IMG/VR virus record: IMGVR_UViG_3300005613_000081
Location: 1-54,096 of that record
From: a virus
Lineage: Duplodnaviria; Caudoviricetes
Reading direction: 5' to 3' (one strand)
DNA length: 54,096 nucleotides
Shown here: positions 45,293 to 54,096 of the stretch, piece after piece
How positions within the stretch are numbered: the first letter of the stretch is position 1
Layout: each line of letters opens with the position of its first letter
Notes under the pieces: model-generated
Database searches by the model: none
What the model saw: only the letters and a program-made list of their open reading frames with translations
Told to the model about the DNA's origin: nothing
Position numbers and translations under genes: made by a program

Positions 45293-45527
45293 AAAAGATG
45301 ATATTTTGGATAAAGATTGTCCAGATTTTGTTCCATTGGAAGATGGTACTATTCATGGTGAAAAAAAATATTGTAATTTATCTTTACATTGTAGACAAAT
45401 TGGTATGAAATCTGATTATGTTCAGTTTTTTGACCCTAAAACCGGCGAACTTGTAGGATATGATTATTTTTGTACTGGTAAACGTCCTATTTTTGAAGAG
45501 AGGTTTTTAGATGAGGGAGTAAGTTAG
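45267..45527 (+). CDS. Hypothetical Cys-containing protein
   Basis: 86-aa ORF with RBS gaggt and four Cys. Confidence 0.7.
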   Translation: MTEIIMLDKKDDILDKDCPDFVPLEDGTIHGEKKYCNLSLHCRQIGMKSDYVQFFDPKTGELVGYDYFCTGKRPIFEERFLDEGVS

Positions 45528-45529
45528 AT

Positions 45530-46009
45530 ATGAATGAGGTAAATGAATATTTAAATACTAAAGCAGAAAAATTAATGATTTATAAAGTTGGTAAAAATGA
45601 GGATTTAATGAATGAAGTGTTTAAGTATGACCCTAGAACATTAGAATCAACTAGTAGTGTTGATATTAGTAGGTATGCTATAGGTATATCACAATTCTTG
45701 ATTTATTTTGCATCGGAGGTAAATAGAAGTAAGGTTTTATTGATACAGAAACGCCGTTTTTTAGATACATCTGTTGAAGAATCTGACATTGTTAAAGGTA
45801 AGTTGACTAAAGTTGAGTATAGAAAGAAAGTTATTAATTCTAGTGAGGAACTTAAGAAAGTTAAATTAGACGCGGATGCTTTAGAACAGGAAGTTGTTAT
45901 GACTGAAAATTTAGAAAAATATTATATTGAACTTATAAATGCTTTTAAGCGTGAGTTAAGTCGTAGAGATAAAGAATTGACTTTTGTGCGTGATGAGCGG
46001 AGGTTTTAG
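45530..46009 (+). CDS. Helical protein, possibly a UvsY-like recombination mediator
   Basis: 159-aa coiled-coil-like ORF between recA and the helicase. The function is a positional and compositional guess. Confidence 0.4.
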   Translation: MNEVNEYLNTKAEKLMIYKVGKNEDLMNEVFKYDPRTLESTSSVDISRYAIGISQFLIYFASEVNRSKVLLIQKRRFLDTSVEESDIVKGKLTKVEYRKKVINSSEELKKVKLDADALEQEVVMTENLEKYYIELINAFKRELSRRDKELTFVRDERRF

Positions 46010-46018
46010 TATAAAGTA

Positions 46019-47431
46019 ATGAGTGAATCTACTAAAGAGTTGTTTTGTCAACCAGTATATGAAAGGGCTTTGTTATCTTATTGTTTTAAAAGTGTAAATA
46101 ATTATTATACTGTATTTTCTCAGGTATCTGAGGATGATTTTTTAAGAATAGACCATAGACTGTTGTATATGATATTGGGTGTGTTGGCTAATGGTGTGGT
46201 TGGTAGATTTGACAGTTCTATGGTGTTAAATGAAGCTAAGAAAAATGGTATTTTAGACCAAATAGGTGGTTATGGGTATATAAATGCTATAATAGGTTTA
46301 GAATTAGATTTAAATAATTTATCATTTTACATTTCAAGGGTGCTTGATAATAGTACTAAGTATCAATTGTATTGCCAGTTAGGTACTAATTTAGAAATGT
46401 TAAAAGATAGGTCAAAAGATGATGATGTTACGTCATTAGATTTATTAGGTAAAGTTGGTAATGATGTAATGGATTTGTCTATGAAATCTAAAGCTGTTAA
46501 GGAAGCTACAAATTTAGCAGATGGTATTGACGAATATATAGAAGAGCGTAGAGGAAGTCCCATAGAATACTGTGGAATGAGCACTGGGTTTAGTATTCTG
46601 GATAAAAGAATTGATGGGTTAATACCAGGTACTTTACAAATTGTATGTGCTAGGCCTAAAAACGGTAAAAGTACTTTTTTGTCAGTTGTTTCTACATATG
46701 TAGCATATGAATTACATGAACCAGTTTTGTATATTGATACAGAAATGTCATTTGACCAATGGCGTAGTAGAATTTTATCTATGTTGTCTGGTGTTGAAGA
46801 AAGACGTATTAAACATGGTGGGTATAGTGACCAAGAGTATCATAATATTAAACAAGCATCGAAAGTTATAAAGAGTGGTAAATTATTTCATGAATATATG
46901 CCTGGATATAGTATAGATAAGCTTGTCACTGTTTATAAAAAATACAAACATTCAGAAGATATAAAATTAGGTGTATTTGATTACATTAAATCACCATCTA
47001 ATGCTGATTTTAAGAATAAGAAGGAATATCAATTACTTGGTGATGTAACCACTGCTTTGAAAGATTTAGCTGGTGAATTAGATTTACCAATTTTTGCTGC
47101 TAATCAGATAAATAGGCAACAAGATATTGCTGACAGTGATAGGATATTAAGATATGCTGATGTTTTAATGTTACTTAAACCAAAAACACCTGATGAGATA
47201 CAACAAGCCGGAATAAGTGGTGGTACTTATAAGTTACAGATTACAGATAGTAGGCGTGGAGGTACCACTCCTGAGGAAGGCATAGGTTTTAATTTTTATA
47301 AAAGATCTTTACAAATGACTGAAGCTAAAGTGCAAGTAATAGATTATGATAGTGGGGAGTACAAAGAACAAGAAAATTTTATGTATGATGATGATACTTC
47401 GGATAATTTTAATGATGATAAAATGTTTTAA
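46019..47431 (+). CDS. dnaB: DnaB-like replicative helicase
   Basis: N-terminal ERALL...F....HR; G.STGF..LD..IDGL; Walker A ARPKNGKST; DTEM; FDY; LKDLA.EL..PI....QINR. Confidence 0.95.
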   Translation: MSESTKELFCQPVYERALLSYCFKSVNNYYTVFSQVSEDDFLRIDHRLLYMILGVLANGVVGRFDSSMVLNEAKKNGILDQIGGYGYINAIIGLELDLNNLSFYISRVLDNSTKYQLYCQLGTNLEMLKDRSKDDDVTSLDLLGKVGNDVMDLSMKSKAVKEATNLADGIDEYIEERRGSPIEYCGMSTGFSILDKRIDGLIPGTLQIVCARPKNGKSTFLSVVSTYVAYELHEPVLYIDTEMSFDQWRSRILSMLSGVEERRIKHGGYSDQEYHNIKQASKVIKSGKLFHEYMPGYSIDKLVTVYKKYKHSEDIKLGVFDYIKSPSNADFKNKKEYQLLGDVTTALKDLAGELDLPIFAANQINRQQDIADSDRILRYADVLMLLKPKTPDEIQQAGISGGTYKLQITDSRRGGTTPEEGIGFNFYKRSLQMTEAKVQVIDYDSGEYKEQENFMYDDDTSDNFNDDKMF

Positions 47432-47445
47432 TAGGATTTGGGATT

Positions 47446-48480
47446 ATGTTAAATAATTACAATACAGAAGGCATTAGTTTGTCAGATAAAGAGAAGTTTA
47501 GATATAGGATACAAGTATTAAAGGATTCTATAGATGCTGATACTTTACTTAGATCGTTGGGGTTTAATATATCTAAGAGCACGTCAAAGGAAGTAAGAGC
47601 TGCTTGTAAGGTTCATGGTGGTGATAACAAAACTTCTTTTAAAATGGATAAACAAACTAAGAATTGGGTATGTTTTTCACATGGTTGTCATGAGGAAATA
47701 GGGTATGATGTTATAAGTCTTGTAATGCATTTGCTGAATTTGAATTTTCTTAGTGCTGTAGAATATTTAGAAAGTATAACTGGTATTAATATACATAGTG
47801 ATTCTAGTTATGTAGAGTTTCAAAGGGAAAAGGATAGGCAAGAAGTTATACAACATAATAATGTTGGCAAATTTATACCAAAACACGTCACTGAAGAATA
47901 TTTAAAGCATTTTATGAAGTTTAGATCTAATTATTTTGAAAAAGAGGGGTTTACTAAGGAGGTTTTAGATGAGTTTGAAGTTGGTGGTGGGTATGTAGAT
48001 AGATATAATTTTCAACGAGATGTTATTCCTATAAGAGATAAAGATGGTAAATTAGTTGCATATAGCTGTAGGGATATTACTGGAAGAGCTGATACTGATT
48101 ATAAATATTTATTAACTGAGGGTTTTGAAAAAGATTTAGTTCTTTATAATTTAAATAAAGCTAAAAATTATATGGATGAGTCTAAAACAATTATTGTAGT
48201 AGAGGGATTTAAATCTGTTTGGAAATTATATATGGCTGGATATAAAAATTCTGTTGCGTGTATGGGTAGTAATATAACCAATGGGCAACAAAATTTATTA
48301 TATAGTACATGTTTTAAAATAATAGTGTTGTTTGATGGTGATGAAGCAGGTGTGAGAGGGACATTGAATGTTGTAAAAAACATGCGTGGTAAAATAGATA
48401 TAATACCCTTATTTTTACCGTATTATGGAAAAGATCCTTCTGATTGTACTATTGTTGAATTAAGAGATATTATAAAATAA
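47446..48480 (+). CDS. dnaG: DnaG-type DNA primase
   Basis: CHC2 Zn finger (CKVH...SF......CFSHGC), IPIRD..G...YS.R, KY, and TOPRIM motifs VVEG and FDGDEAG. Confidence 0.92.
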   Translation: MLNNYNTEGISLSDKEKFRYRIQVLKDSIDADTLLRSLGFNISKSTSKEVRAACKVHGGDNKTSFKMDKQTKNWVCFSHGCHEEIGYDVISLVMHLLNLNFLSAVEYLESITGINIHSDSSYVEFQREKDRQEVIQHNNVGKFIPKHVTEEYLKHFMKFRSNYFEKEGFTKEVLDEFEVGGGYVDRYNFQRDVIPIRDKDGKLVAYSCRDITGRADTDYKYLLTEGFEKDLVLYNLNKAKNYMDESKTIIVVEGFKSVWKLYMAGYKNSVACMGSNITNGQQNLLYSTCFKIIVLFDGDEAGVRGTLNVVKNMRGKIDIIPLFLPYYGKDPSDCTIVELRDIIK

Positions 48481-48491
48481 AGGAGATAGTT

Positions 48492-48869
48492 ATGTCAGGT
48501 AAAAAAACTAAAGATAAAGATGTTAAAAGTAAAACTTTGTTGAAAGTTGTTGGAACACCTACAATGATGTTGTTGCCAGCTAGAAATTATAAATTTAAGG
48601 TTTATTCTGAAGATCATGTTATTACGATTCCTAGAAGGGGTGTATATAAGGATTTTGATAAAGAGTTGTATTCTGATGAAGACGGTGAGTTTAATATATT
48701 AGAAGAGAATATATTGTATATCCCATCTTTATCTAAGGTATTGTTTGCAACATCTCAGTATCCAAAATTAAAAAGTAACCAAGCTTTTACTCCAATTGCG
48801 TTGGTTATAGAGGAAGATAAAGTTCAAATTATTGGAAATATTATTGAAATGTTGAAAGAAAGTGTGTAA
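48492..48869 (+). CDS. Hypothetical protein
   Basis: 125-aa ORF with RBS aggag. Confidence 0.75.
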   Translation: MSGKKTKDKDVKSKTLLKVVGTPTMMLLPARNYKFKVYSEDHVITIPRRGVYKDFDKELYSDEDGEFNILEENILYIPSLSKVLFATSQYPKLKSNQAFTPIALVIEEDKVQIIGNIIEMLKESV

Positions 48870-48908
48870 TTTTGAATAATATATATTTTTATTTAAAGGG
48901 GGGTTGTT

Positions 48909-49307
48909 ATGAATTGTCCTAAATGTAATAATGATTCTGGTGGTATTGTGTACCAAGATTGTATTACATGTGATAAATGTGGTAATCATATAGTTGTTGA
49001 TTATTATGTGTGCCATGTATGTGGGTATAGCTGGAGATTAAATAATGGGGAGTTTTTGGATGTCCAAAATATAGATCATGAAGGATTAGACCAAATGTTA
49101 GATGAGATTGAAGTTTTAATTAAAGAAGAGTTCGGTGATGAATCTTTAGAAGTTGATATTAAAAGTGAAAGTAATACAAATTCTAGTATGTTTGATATAT
49201 TACATAAATGCATTAGATGTGGTCAAATTGCATATGATAATGGTAATAATAGTTTTACGTGTGAATCATGTGGATTTCAATGGGAAGTTTTGGAGGGGGT
49301 TCAATAA
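48909..49307 (+). CDS. Zn-ribbon protein
   Basis: CPKC, CDKCG, CHVCG.SW, CIRCG and CESCG.QW motifs. Confidence 0.75.
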   Translation: MNCPKCNNDSGGIVYQDCITCDKCGNHIVVDYYVCHVCGYSWRLNNGEFLDVQNIDHEGLDQMLDEIEVLIKEEFGDESLEVDIKSESNTNSSMFDILHKCIRCGQIAYDNGNNSFTCESCGFQWEVLEGVQ

Positions 49308-50084
49308 ATGCCAGATGACTATTATCGTATATTAGAGGTAGATAAGGGTGCTACGAAAGAGGAAATAAAGAAATCTTTTAGAAAGTTATCTAAAAAGTAT
49401 CATCCAGATTTAGGAGGTAATGAAGAGCAGTTTAAGAAATTAAACGCGGCTTATAATATTTTGTCAGATGATAACAAAAGGAGAGAATATGATAACCCAT
49501 TAGATGATGTTTTTAGAGGTTTTTCTAATTTTTTTAGGGGTGGGTTTCCTTTTGGTAGTAATAATAAGTTTAATAATGTACCTATCAAAGGTAGAAATGT
49601 ACAATATACATTAGTAATTTCTTTATATGAGTCTATATGTGGATGTAATAAAAAGATTAAGTATAATTTCAAAGATGTGTGTGATAAATGTAATGGTGTT
49701 GGAGGTACTGATAAAGTAGAATGTAAGATTTGTAATGGTAGTGGTGTAATTGTTAATGTAAGTGAATCAAATGGTGTAAAAATGGTCAATAAAACTATTT
49801 GTAGAGCGTGTGGTGGTAGTGGATTTGTTGTTAGTAATGTATGTGAAAAATGTAATGGTAATGGGGTGATTAAGAAAGATGGGGAAATAGACATTGAGTT
49901 ACATCCAGATACTCCGGATGGATTGTCTTTACGTAGTGTTGGTCGAGGGTCTATGGGTATTAATGGAGGACCTAGTGGAGACCTTATTGTAAATATAAGA
50001 GTGAAAATGCCAAAGAAAACGGATTTTACTGATGATCAGTTAGAAATATTAAAGAATGTTTTTGGAGGTAGTGAAGATGAGTGA
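49308..50084 (+). CDS. dnaJ: DnaJ-type co-chaperone (J domain + Zn-binding domain, short C-terminus)
   Basis: DYY.IL.V...A...EIKK.FR.L...YHPD and four CxxCxGxG motifs, then G.NGGP.GDL. Confidence 0.93.
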   Translation: MPDDYYRILEVDKGATKEEIKKSFRKLSKKYHPDLGGNEEQFKKLNAAYNILSDDNKRREYDNPLDDVFRGFSNFFRGGFPFGSNNKFNNVPIKGRNVQYTLVISLYESICGCNKKIKYNFKDVCDKCNGVGGTDKVECKICNGSGVIVNVSESNGVKMVNKTICRACGGSGFVVSNVCEKCNGNGVIKKDGEIDIELHPDTPDGLSLRSVGRGSMGINGGPSGDLIVNIRVKMPKKTDFTDDQLEILKNVFGGSEDE

Positions 50085-50559
50085 TGGTTTAAAAAGTGTT
50101 GGAATAGTGTCCTTTGATGTATCATCTGTATCTAGTGGATGGTGTAATTTAGTTGATGGAAATATATACAAATTTGGTGTGGTGCAACCACCAAAAAAGT
50201 TTTCTGTATCTCAAAAATTGTATTTTTTTGACAATGTAATAAGAGATATATTAGTTATGTCTAATCCACAATATGTTATTGTTGAAGACACATATTTAAA
50301 GAATGTAAAAACTTTAAAGACACTTATGCAGTTTATAGGTGTGGTGAATTTGGAATGTATTAATGTTTTAAAAAGAGAAGTTATTTTTATATCAACTATG
50401 AAAGTGAGAAGTAGTTTTGGTTTGAGGAGTAAGGACCAAGTATTTGAATTTGTTAAAGATTTATATAAACCAATGTTAGATAGTTATGTATTTAAAGATG
50501 GTAATGATATTACTGATTCTATATTACAAGCGTTGTATTATTATAAATTTGTATTATAA
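50077..50559 (+). CDS. RuvC-like Holliday junction resolvase
   Basis: FDVSS..SGW, VIVED, DITDS acidic residues in RuvC order. The start is moved to ATG 50077 because RBS ggaggt lies at 50064-69. Confidence 0.75.
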   Translation: MSDGLKSVGIVSFDVSSVSSGWCNLVDGNIYKFGVVQPPKKFSVSQKLYFFDNVIRDILVMSNPQYVIVEDTYLKNVKTLKTLMQFIGVVNLECINVLKREVIFISTMKVRSSFGLRSKDQVFEFVKDLYKPMLDSYVFKDGNDITDSILQALYYYKFVL

Positions 50560-50597
50560 GTTACATAGTTAAATATTTATATTAAAAAGGAGATATT

Positions 50598-51737
50598 ATG
50601 AATAATGGTAAGATAATGTTATCTGCAACTAGGGTATCTATGTTTTTACAATGTAAATATAGATACTGGTTGAATTATGTTTTACATAGGCCCAAGTTAC
50701 CATCTACTGCTTTTAAATTAGGTATTTCAGTGCATAAAGCCTTGGAGATTGCTGGTAAGATATGGCAAAAGAAAGAAAAATTCACGGCATATGATATTGG
50801 TAAAATAAAAAAGGCTTATATAGATAAGGCTGTAGAAGAAGGTATAGATGATTTGGCAATATATAACGAAGGTCTTTTTTTAGTTTTGGAAAAATTGAAA
50901 GAGTTCGAAGTTGGTAGGATTTTAAGTGCAGAAACTAGGTTTGAAATATCTACTAATGACGGTATTCCTATAATAGGTGCTATGGATAAAGTTGTAGAAT
51001 TAGATAGTGATACTATATTAATTGTTGATTATAAGACAAATAAGTTTGTGTATACGGCTGAAGAGATGAAGAATGATATACAGTTGTCTATGTATGATTT
51101 AGTTGCTAGTATTAAATTTCCTAATTACAAGCGTATTATTTTATGTTTAGATTTTTTAAGGTCTGAGCCTATGTATGCTTATAGAACTAATAGAGCTAGA
51201 AAGGAGTTTTCTCAATATTTAGTAGCTATATATAATGAAATGTTAAATTTTGAAGAAAAAGATGCTAAACCTTCTTTTAATGATATGTGTTCTTGGTGTG
51301 ATTTCAGAGGTGAATGCCCTACATATATAGAAGCGTCAAGAAAAGACAAATTGTTTAAAAAAAATTTAGAAGATTTTGAAGAAGGGGAACTTGTAAGTGA
51401 ATATTTAGATATTAAAAGCCGTAAACGGGCTTTAGATAATTATGAAAGAAGGTTGAAAAATCATATAATTAAAAAGATTGATGTTGATAGTAGGGATTTA
51501 TCTAGTGAAAATAAATCTTTATATGTACGACAAAATCCGTTGGTGGTCTATGACCCAAAAACAGTTTATAGTAACGTACCATTGGAAGAGTTTTTTAAGA
51601 TGGTAACTGTGTCGAAAAGATCTGTTGATGAGTTTTTGGAGAATGATCAGATGGGGAAAAATAAAGTTGTAGAGACAGCAACTAGGAATTATACTAATCC
51701 TTTTTTAGCTGTCAGGAATATAAAAAAAAATAGTTGA
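50598..51737 (+). CDS. RecB/AddB/Cas4-like PD-(D/E)XK exonuclease with a 1+3 Cys cluster
   Basis: LSAT....F.QC.Y.Y, G...H..LE, G.MD.V...IVDYKT, QL..Y, CSWCDF...C. Confidence 0.85.
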   Translation: MNNGKIMLSATRVSMFLQCKYRYWLNYVLHRPKLPSTAFKLGISVHKALEIAGKIWQKKEKFTAYDIGKIKKAYIDKAVEEGIDDLAIYNEGLFLVLEKLKEFEVGRILSAETRFEISTNDGIPIIGAMDKVVELDSDTILIVDYKTNKFVYTAEEMKNDIQLSMYDLVASIKFPNYKRIILCLDFLRSEPMYAYRTNRARKEFSQYLVAIYNEMLNFEEKDAKPSFNDMCSWCDFRGECPTYIEASRKDKLFKKNLEDFEEGELVSEYLDIKSRKRALDNYERRLKNHIIKKIDVDSRDLSSENKSLYVRQNPLVVYDPKTVYSNVPLEEFFKMVTVSKRSVDEFLENDQMGKNKVVETATRNYTNPFLAVRNIKKNS

Positions 51738-51755
51738 GATATGGAGGATGTGATT

Positions 51756-53114
51756 ATGGGTAAACAAAGACGTAAAGCTGTTAAGAAAAATATAGATAAG
51801 TACCAATGGAGCGGAAAAAATGTTGTTAATAATAGTAAACAAAAAATCAAAGTTTTAGCATATTGTGATTCACCCACTTGTGCTACTGGGTTTGGTACAG
51901 TGTCCCGTAATATTTTTGAAGCTTTATATAAGACAGGTCGATATGATATTGATATTCTTGGTATTAATTATTGGGGTGATCCACATAATTTTCCTTATAG
52001 GATATGGCCTACTGGCACAGGGACTAATGATCCTTACGGTAGACAAAAAATTGTTAATATGGTACCACAAATGGATTTTGATATATTGTTTTTCTTACAG
52101 GATACTTTTATAGTTGATTTTTTACCTGTTTTAATACCACATTTGCAATCTAATATGCCAAGGAATTTCAAATCAATTATGTATTATCCAATAGATAGTG
52201 TATTGAAGCCCGAGTGGTCTAAAAATATAGAGGTTATAGATCATTTAGTTGCTTATTGTGAATTTGGTAAAAATGAATCGTTGAAGACATTGCCAGATAG
52301 AGATATTGATATAATAAACCACGGTGTTAATACAAAGGAATATTTTCCACTTTCTAAATCTAAAATAGATTCGTTTAAGGACCAATATTTTGGACCTGCA
52401 GCTGGTAAATTTATAATAACTAATTTAAATCGTAATCAACAACGAAAAGATATTCCTAGAACAATGTTAGCTTTTAAGGAATTTAAAGAAATAGTTCCGG
52501 ATTCATTACTTTATTTACATTGTGCTATGAAAGATCAGGGTTGGGATTTAGTTGAAGTTTGTAAAAGTATGGAGTTGGATATAAATAACGATGTTATATT
52601 TCCAAGAAATTTTGGGCCTAATCAGGGATATCCAAAAGAAATAGTGAATGCTATATATAATGCTAGTGATGTTGTTGTGAGTACTACTTTGGCGGAGGGT
52701 ATGGGTTTAGCTTGGTTAGAAGCTATGGCTACTAAGACTCCTGTTATTATGCCGAATAATACAGCTATGACTGAATTTATAACAGAGGATAGGGGATATT
52801 TGGCTGAAAGTGGTAGTAATGGTAGTTTGTTTACTGTTTTGCCACACGATAATGAGGTACTACGTGAATTGACAGATGTTAATGATTTTGTTAAAAAGTT
52901 AACACATATTTATAACAATAGAGAAGAGGCTGCTGAAAAAGCAGAAAATGCTTATAAATGGGTAGTTAATGATATGGAGTGGCAGGGTAAAATTGCTGAT
53001 CAGTGGGTAGAATTATTTGATAATGTTTATAATGAAATTAGTAAAGATCAAACGAAATTGGAAAAAGAGGCTGATAGTAGTATTGAAAAAATAATTAAAG
53101 CTGAGGAGATATAG
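51756..53114 (+). CDS. GT4-family (GT-B) glycosyltransferase 1
   Basis: DSP...TGFG.V, INHGVN, NRNQ.RKD, YNASDV....T.AEGMGL..LEAMA...PVI. ATG 51756 follows RBS ggagg. Confidence 0.9.
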   Translation: MGKQRRKAVKKNIDKYQWSGKNVVNNSKQKIKVLAYCDSPTCATGFGTVSRNIFEALYKTGRYDIDILGINYWGDPHNFPYRIWPTGTGTNDPYGRQKIVNMVPQMDFDILFFLQDTFIVDFLPVLIPHLQSNMPRNFKSIMYYPIDSVLKPEWSKNIEVIDHLVAYCEFGKNESLKTLPDRDIDIINHGVNTKEYFPLSKSKIDSFKDQYFGPAAGKFIITNLNRNQQRKDIPRTMLAFKEFKEIVPDSLLYLHCAMKDQGWDLVEVCKSMELDINNDVIFPRNFGPNQGYPKEIVNAIYNASDVVVSTTLAEGMGLAWLEAMATKTPVIMPNNTAMTEFITEDRGYLAESGSNGSLFTVLPHDNEVLRELTDVNDFVKKLTHIYNNREEAAEKAENAYKWVVNDMEWQGKIADQWVELFDNVYNEISKDQTKLEKEADSSIEKIIKAEEI

Positions 53115-53116
53115 TT

Positions 53117-54096
53117 ATGAAGATAAAAGGTATAAAATATTTTTCACCTATGTTTGATGGTAGTGGTTATGGGGAAGCTAGCAGAGGTTATATTTTAGCT
53201 TTACATAAGTTAGGGGTGCCTATAACTTTAAAACCGATAACGTTTGAAAAAACCCTACCTGATCTCGGAGAGAGAGGTAAAATTTTGTCTAGTCTTGTAG
53301 ATAAAGATATAGATTACAATGTAGTTATTTTACATACTACTCCAGAGTTTTGGAATGATAATAAAGAATATGGTAAAACTAATATTGGTTATACTGTTTG
53401 GGAAACTACAAGATTACACCAGGATTGGCCTGGATTTATAAATAACAGTGCTGATGGTGTGTTGGTTAGTTCTAATTGGACTGTTGATGTATTTAAGGAG
53501 TCTGGTGTTAAAGTACCAGTTTTTAGTGTCCCTCATGGTATGGACCCCAATGAGTATTCTAATGTAAATTCCTATAATGTTAATGGTATTAAAGAAGGTG
53601 CTTATAAATTTTATAGTATGTTTCAGTTTACTGAAAGAAAACATCCTACAGCTCTTATCAAATCTTATTGGGCAGCGTTCAGAAATAATGAGAATGTAGC
53701 TTTAATTTTAAAAACTTATCGTAGTAATTTTTCTGATGAAGAAAAACAAGCTGTGAGAAATACTGTAATAAGATTAAAAGATGTTACAAGAATGTCCAAT
53801 TACCCACCAATTTATTTAGTGTTGGACATGTTAAGTAGGGAGGAGGTTTTGGGTTTACATAAATCTGGTGATTGTTTTATAAGTTTGGATAGAGGCGAAG
53901 GTTTTGGTCTTTGTGGGTTTGAAAGTGGATCATCAGGAAATCCAGTTATTGTTACTGGTTTTGGCGGATCTTTAGAATATGCTAAGCCAGATAATAGTTA
54001 TTTAGTAGATTATTCGTTAACGCCTGTGTTTGGTATGAATTGGAGTCCATGGTATAATCATGGGACTGATGAGGCCCAAATGTGGGCAGAGCCTGA
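53117..54096 (+). CDS. GT4-family glycosyltransferase 2 (3'-truncated, absent from the ORF track)
   Basis: Translated by eye from ATG 53117 (RBS gaggag): MKIKGIKY...SGYGEASRGY...GYTVWETT...VPHG.D...ERKH...LILKT...DCFISLDRGEGFGLCGFE...GNPVIVTG.GG..EY. Open to the window end. Confidence 0.9.
   Translation, partial: MKIKGIKYFSPMFDGSGYGEASRGYILALHKLGVPITLKPITFEKTLPDLGERGKILSSLVDKDIDYNVVILHTTPEFWNDNKEYGKTNIGYTVWETTRLHQDWPGFINNSADGVLVSSNWTVDVFKESGVKVPVFSVPHGMDPNEYSNVNSYNVNGIKEGAYKFYSMFQFTERKHPTALIKSYWAAFRNNENVALILKTYRSNFSDEEKQAVRNTVIRLKDVTRMSNYPPIYLVLDMLSREEVLGLHKSGDCFISLDRGEGFGLCGFESGSSGNPVIVTGFGGSLEYAKPDNSYLVDYSLTPVFGMNWSPWYNHGTDEAQMWAEP

Noticed and set aside
50598-51737. Cas4 as evidence of a CRISPR-Cas locus
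   Set aside because: No cas1/cas2 or array is present. Stand-alone Cas4/AddB-like nucleases are common in phage replication modules.
384-53644. All minus-strand ORFs in the track, and the short + strand ORFs 49153..49335 and 51865..52113
   Set aside because: They are short shadows overlapping well-supported + strand genes and have no recognisable motifs.
1-54096. Stop-codon reassignment
   Set aside because: ORFs are long and tightly packed in the standard code, and TAA, TAG and TGA all end genes just before the next RBS or start.
1-54096. tRNA or rRNA genes
   Set aside because: I saw no GC-rich cloverleaf or rRNA-like segment in the few intergenic gaps; a tRNAscan-SE run would confirm.

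Overview
An AT-rich (roughly 30% GC by eye), densely coding fragment of a large tailed dsDNA phage, probably a jumbo-type phage. Every credible gene is on the + strand, in standard code, with strong GGAG/AGGAG ribosome-binding sites. Positions 1-40.1 kb are a virion/tail module. It holds the 3' end of a tape-measure-like gene, hub-like and tube-like genes, and a large set of adhesin-like proteins built from Big-1/Ig-like, F5/8-type C (discoidin/CBM32-like), LamG and beta-propeller modules. Two of these proteins carry long poly-Ser/Glu linkers. Three paralogous Zn-repeat + Vsr/DUF559-like endonuclease genes interrupt the module. After two tandem sigma70-like promoters at about 40.15-40.27 kb comes a replication/recombination module: short ThyA, NUMOD4-HNH nuclease, beta clamp, RecA, DnaB, DnaG, DnaJ, a RuvC-like protein and a Cas4/AddB-like nuclease. 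It ends in two GT4 glycosyltransferases. The best candidate for an undescribed system is virion-protein O-glycosylation. A T-T-[IVL]-S-G motif recurs in unrelated positions of many structural proteins, I did not find it in the replication proteins, and it occurs together with poly-Ser stalks and phage-encoded GT4 enzymes. The second candidate is the Zn-repeat nuclease family, which has a hypervariable dipeptide in each repeat. All product calls come from motif recognition by eye; no database searches were run.
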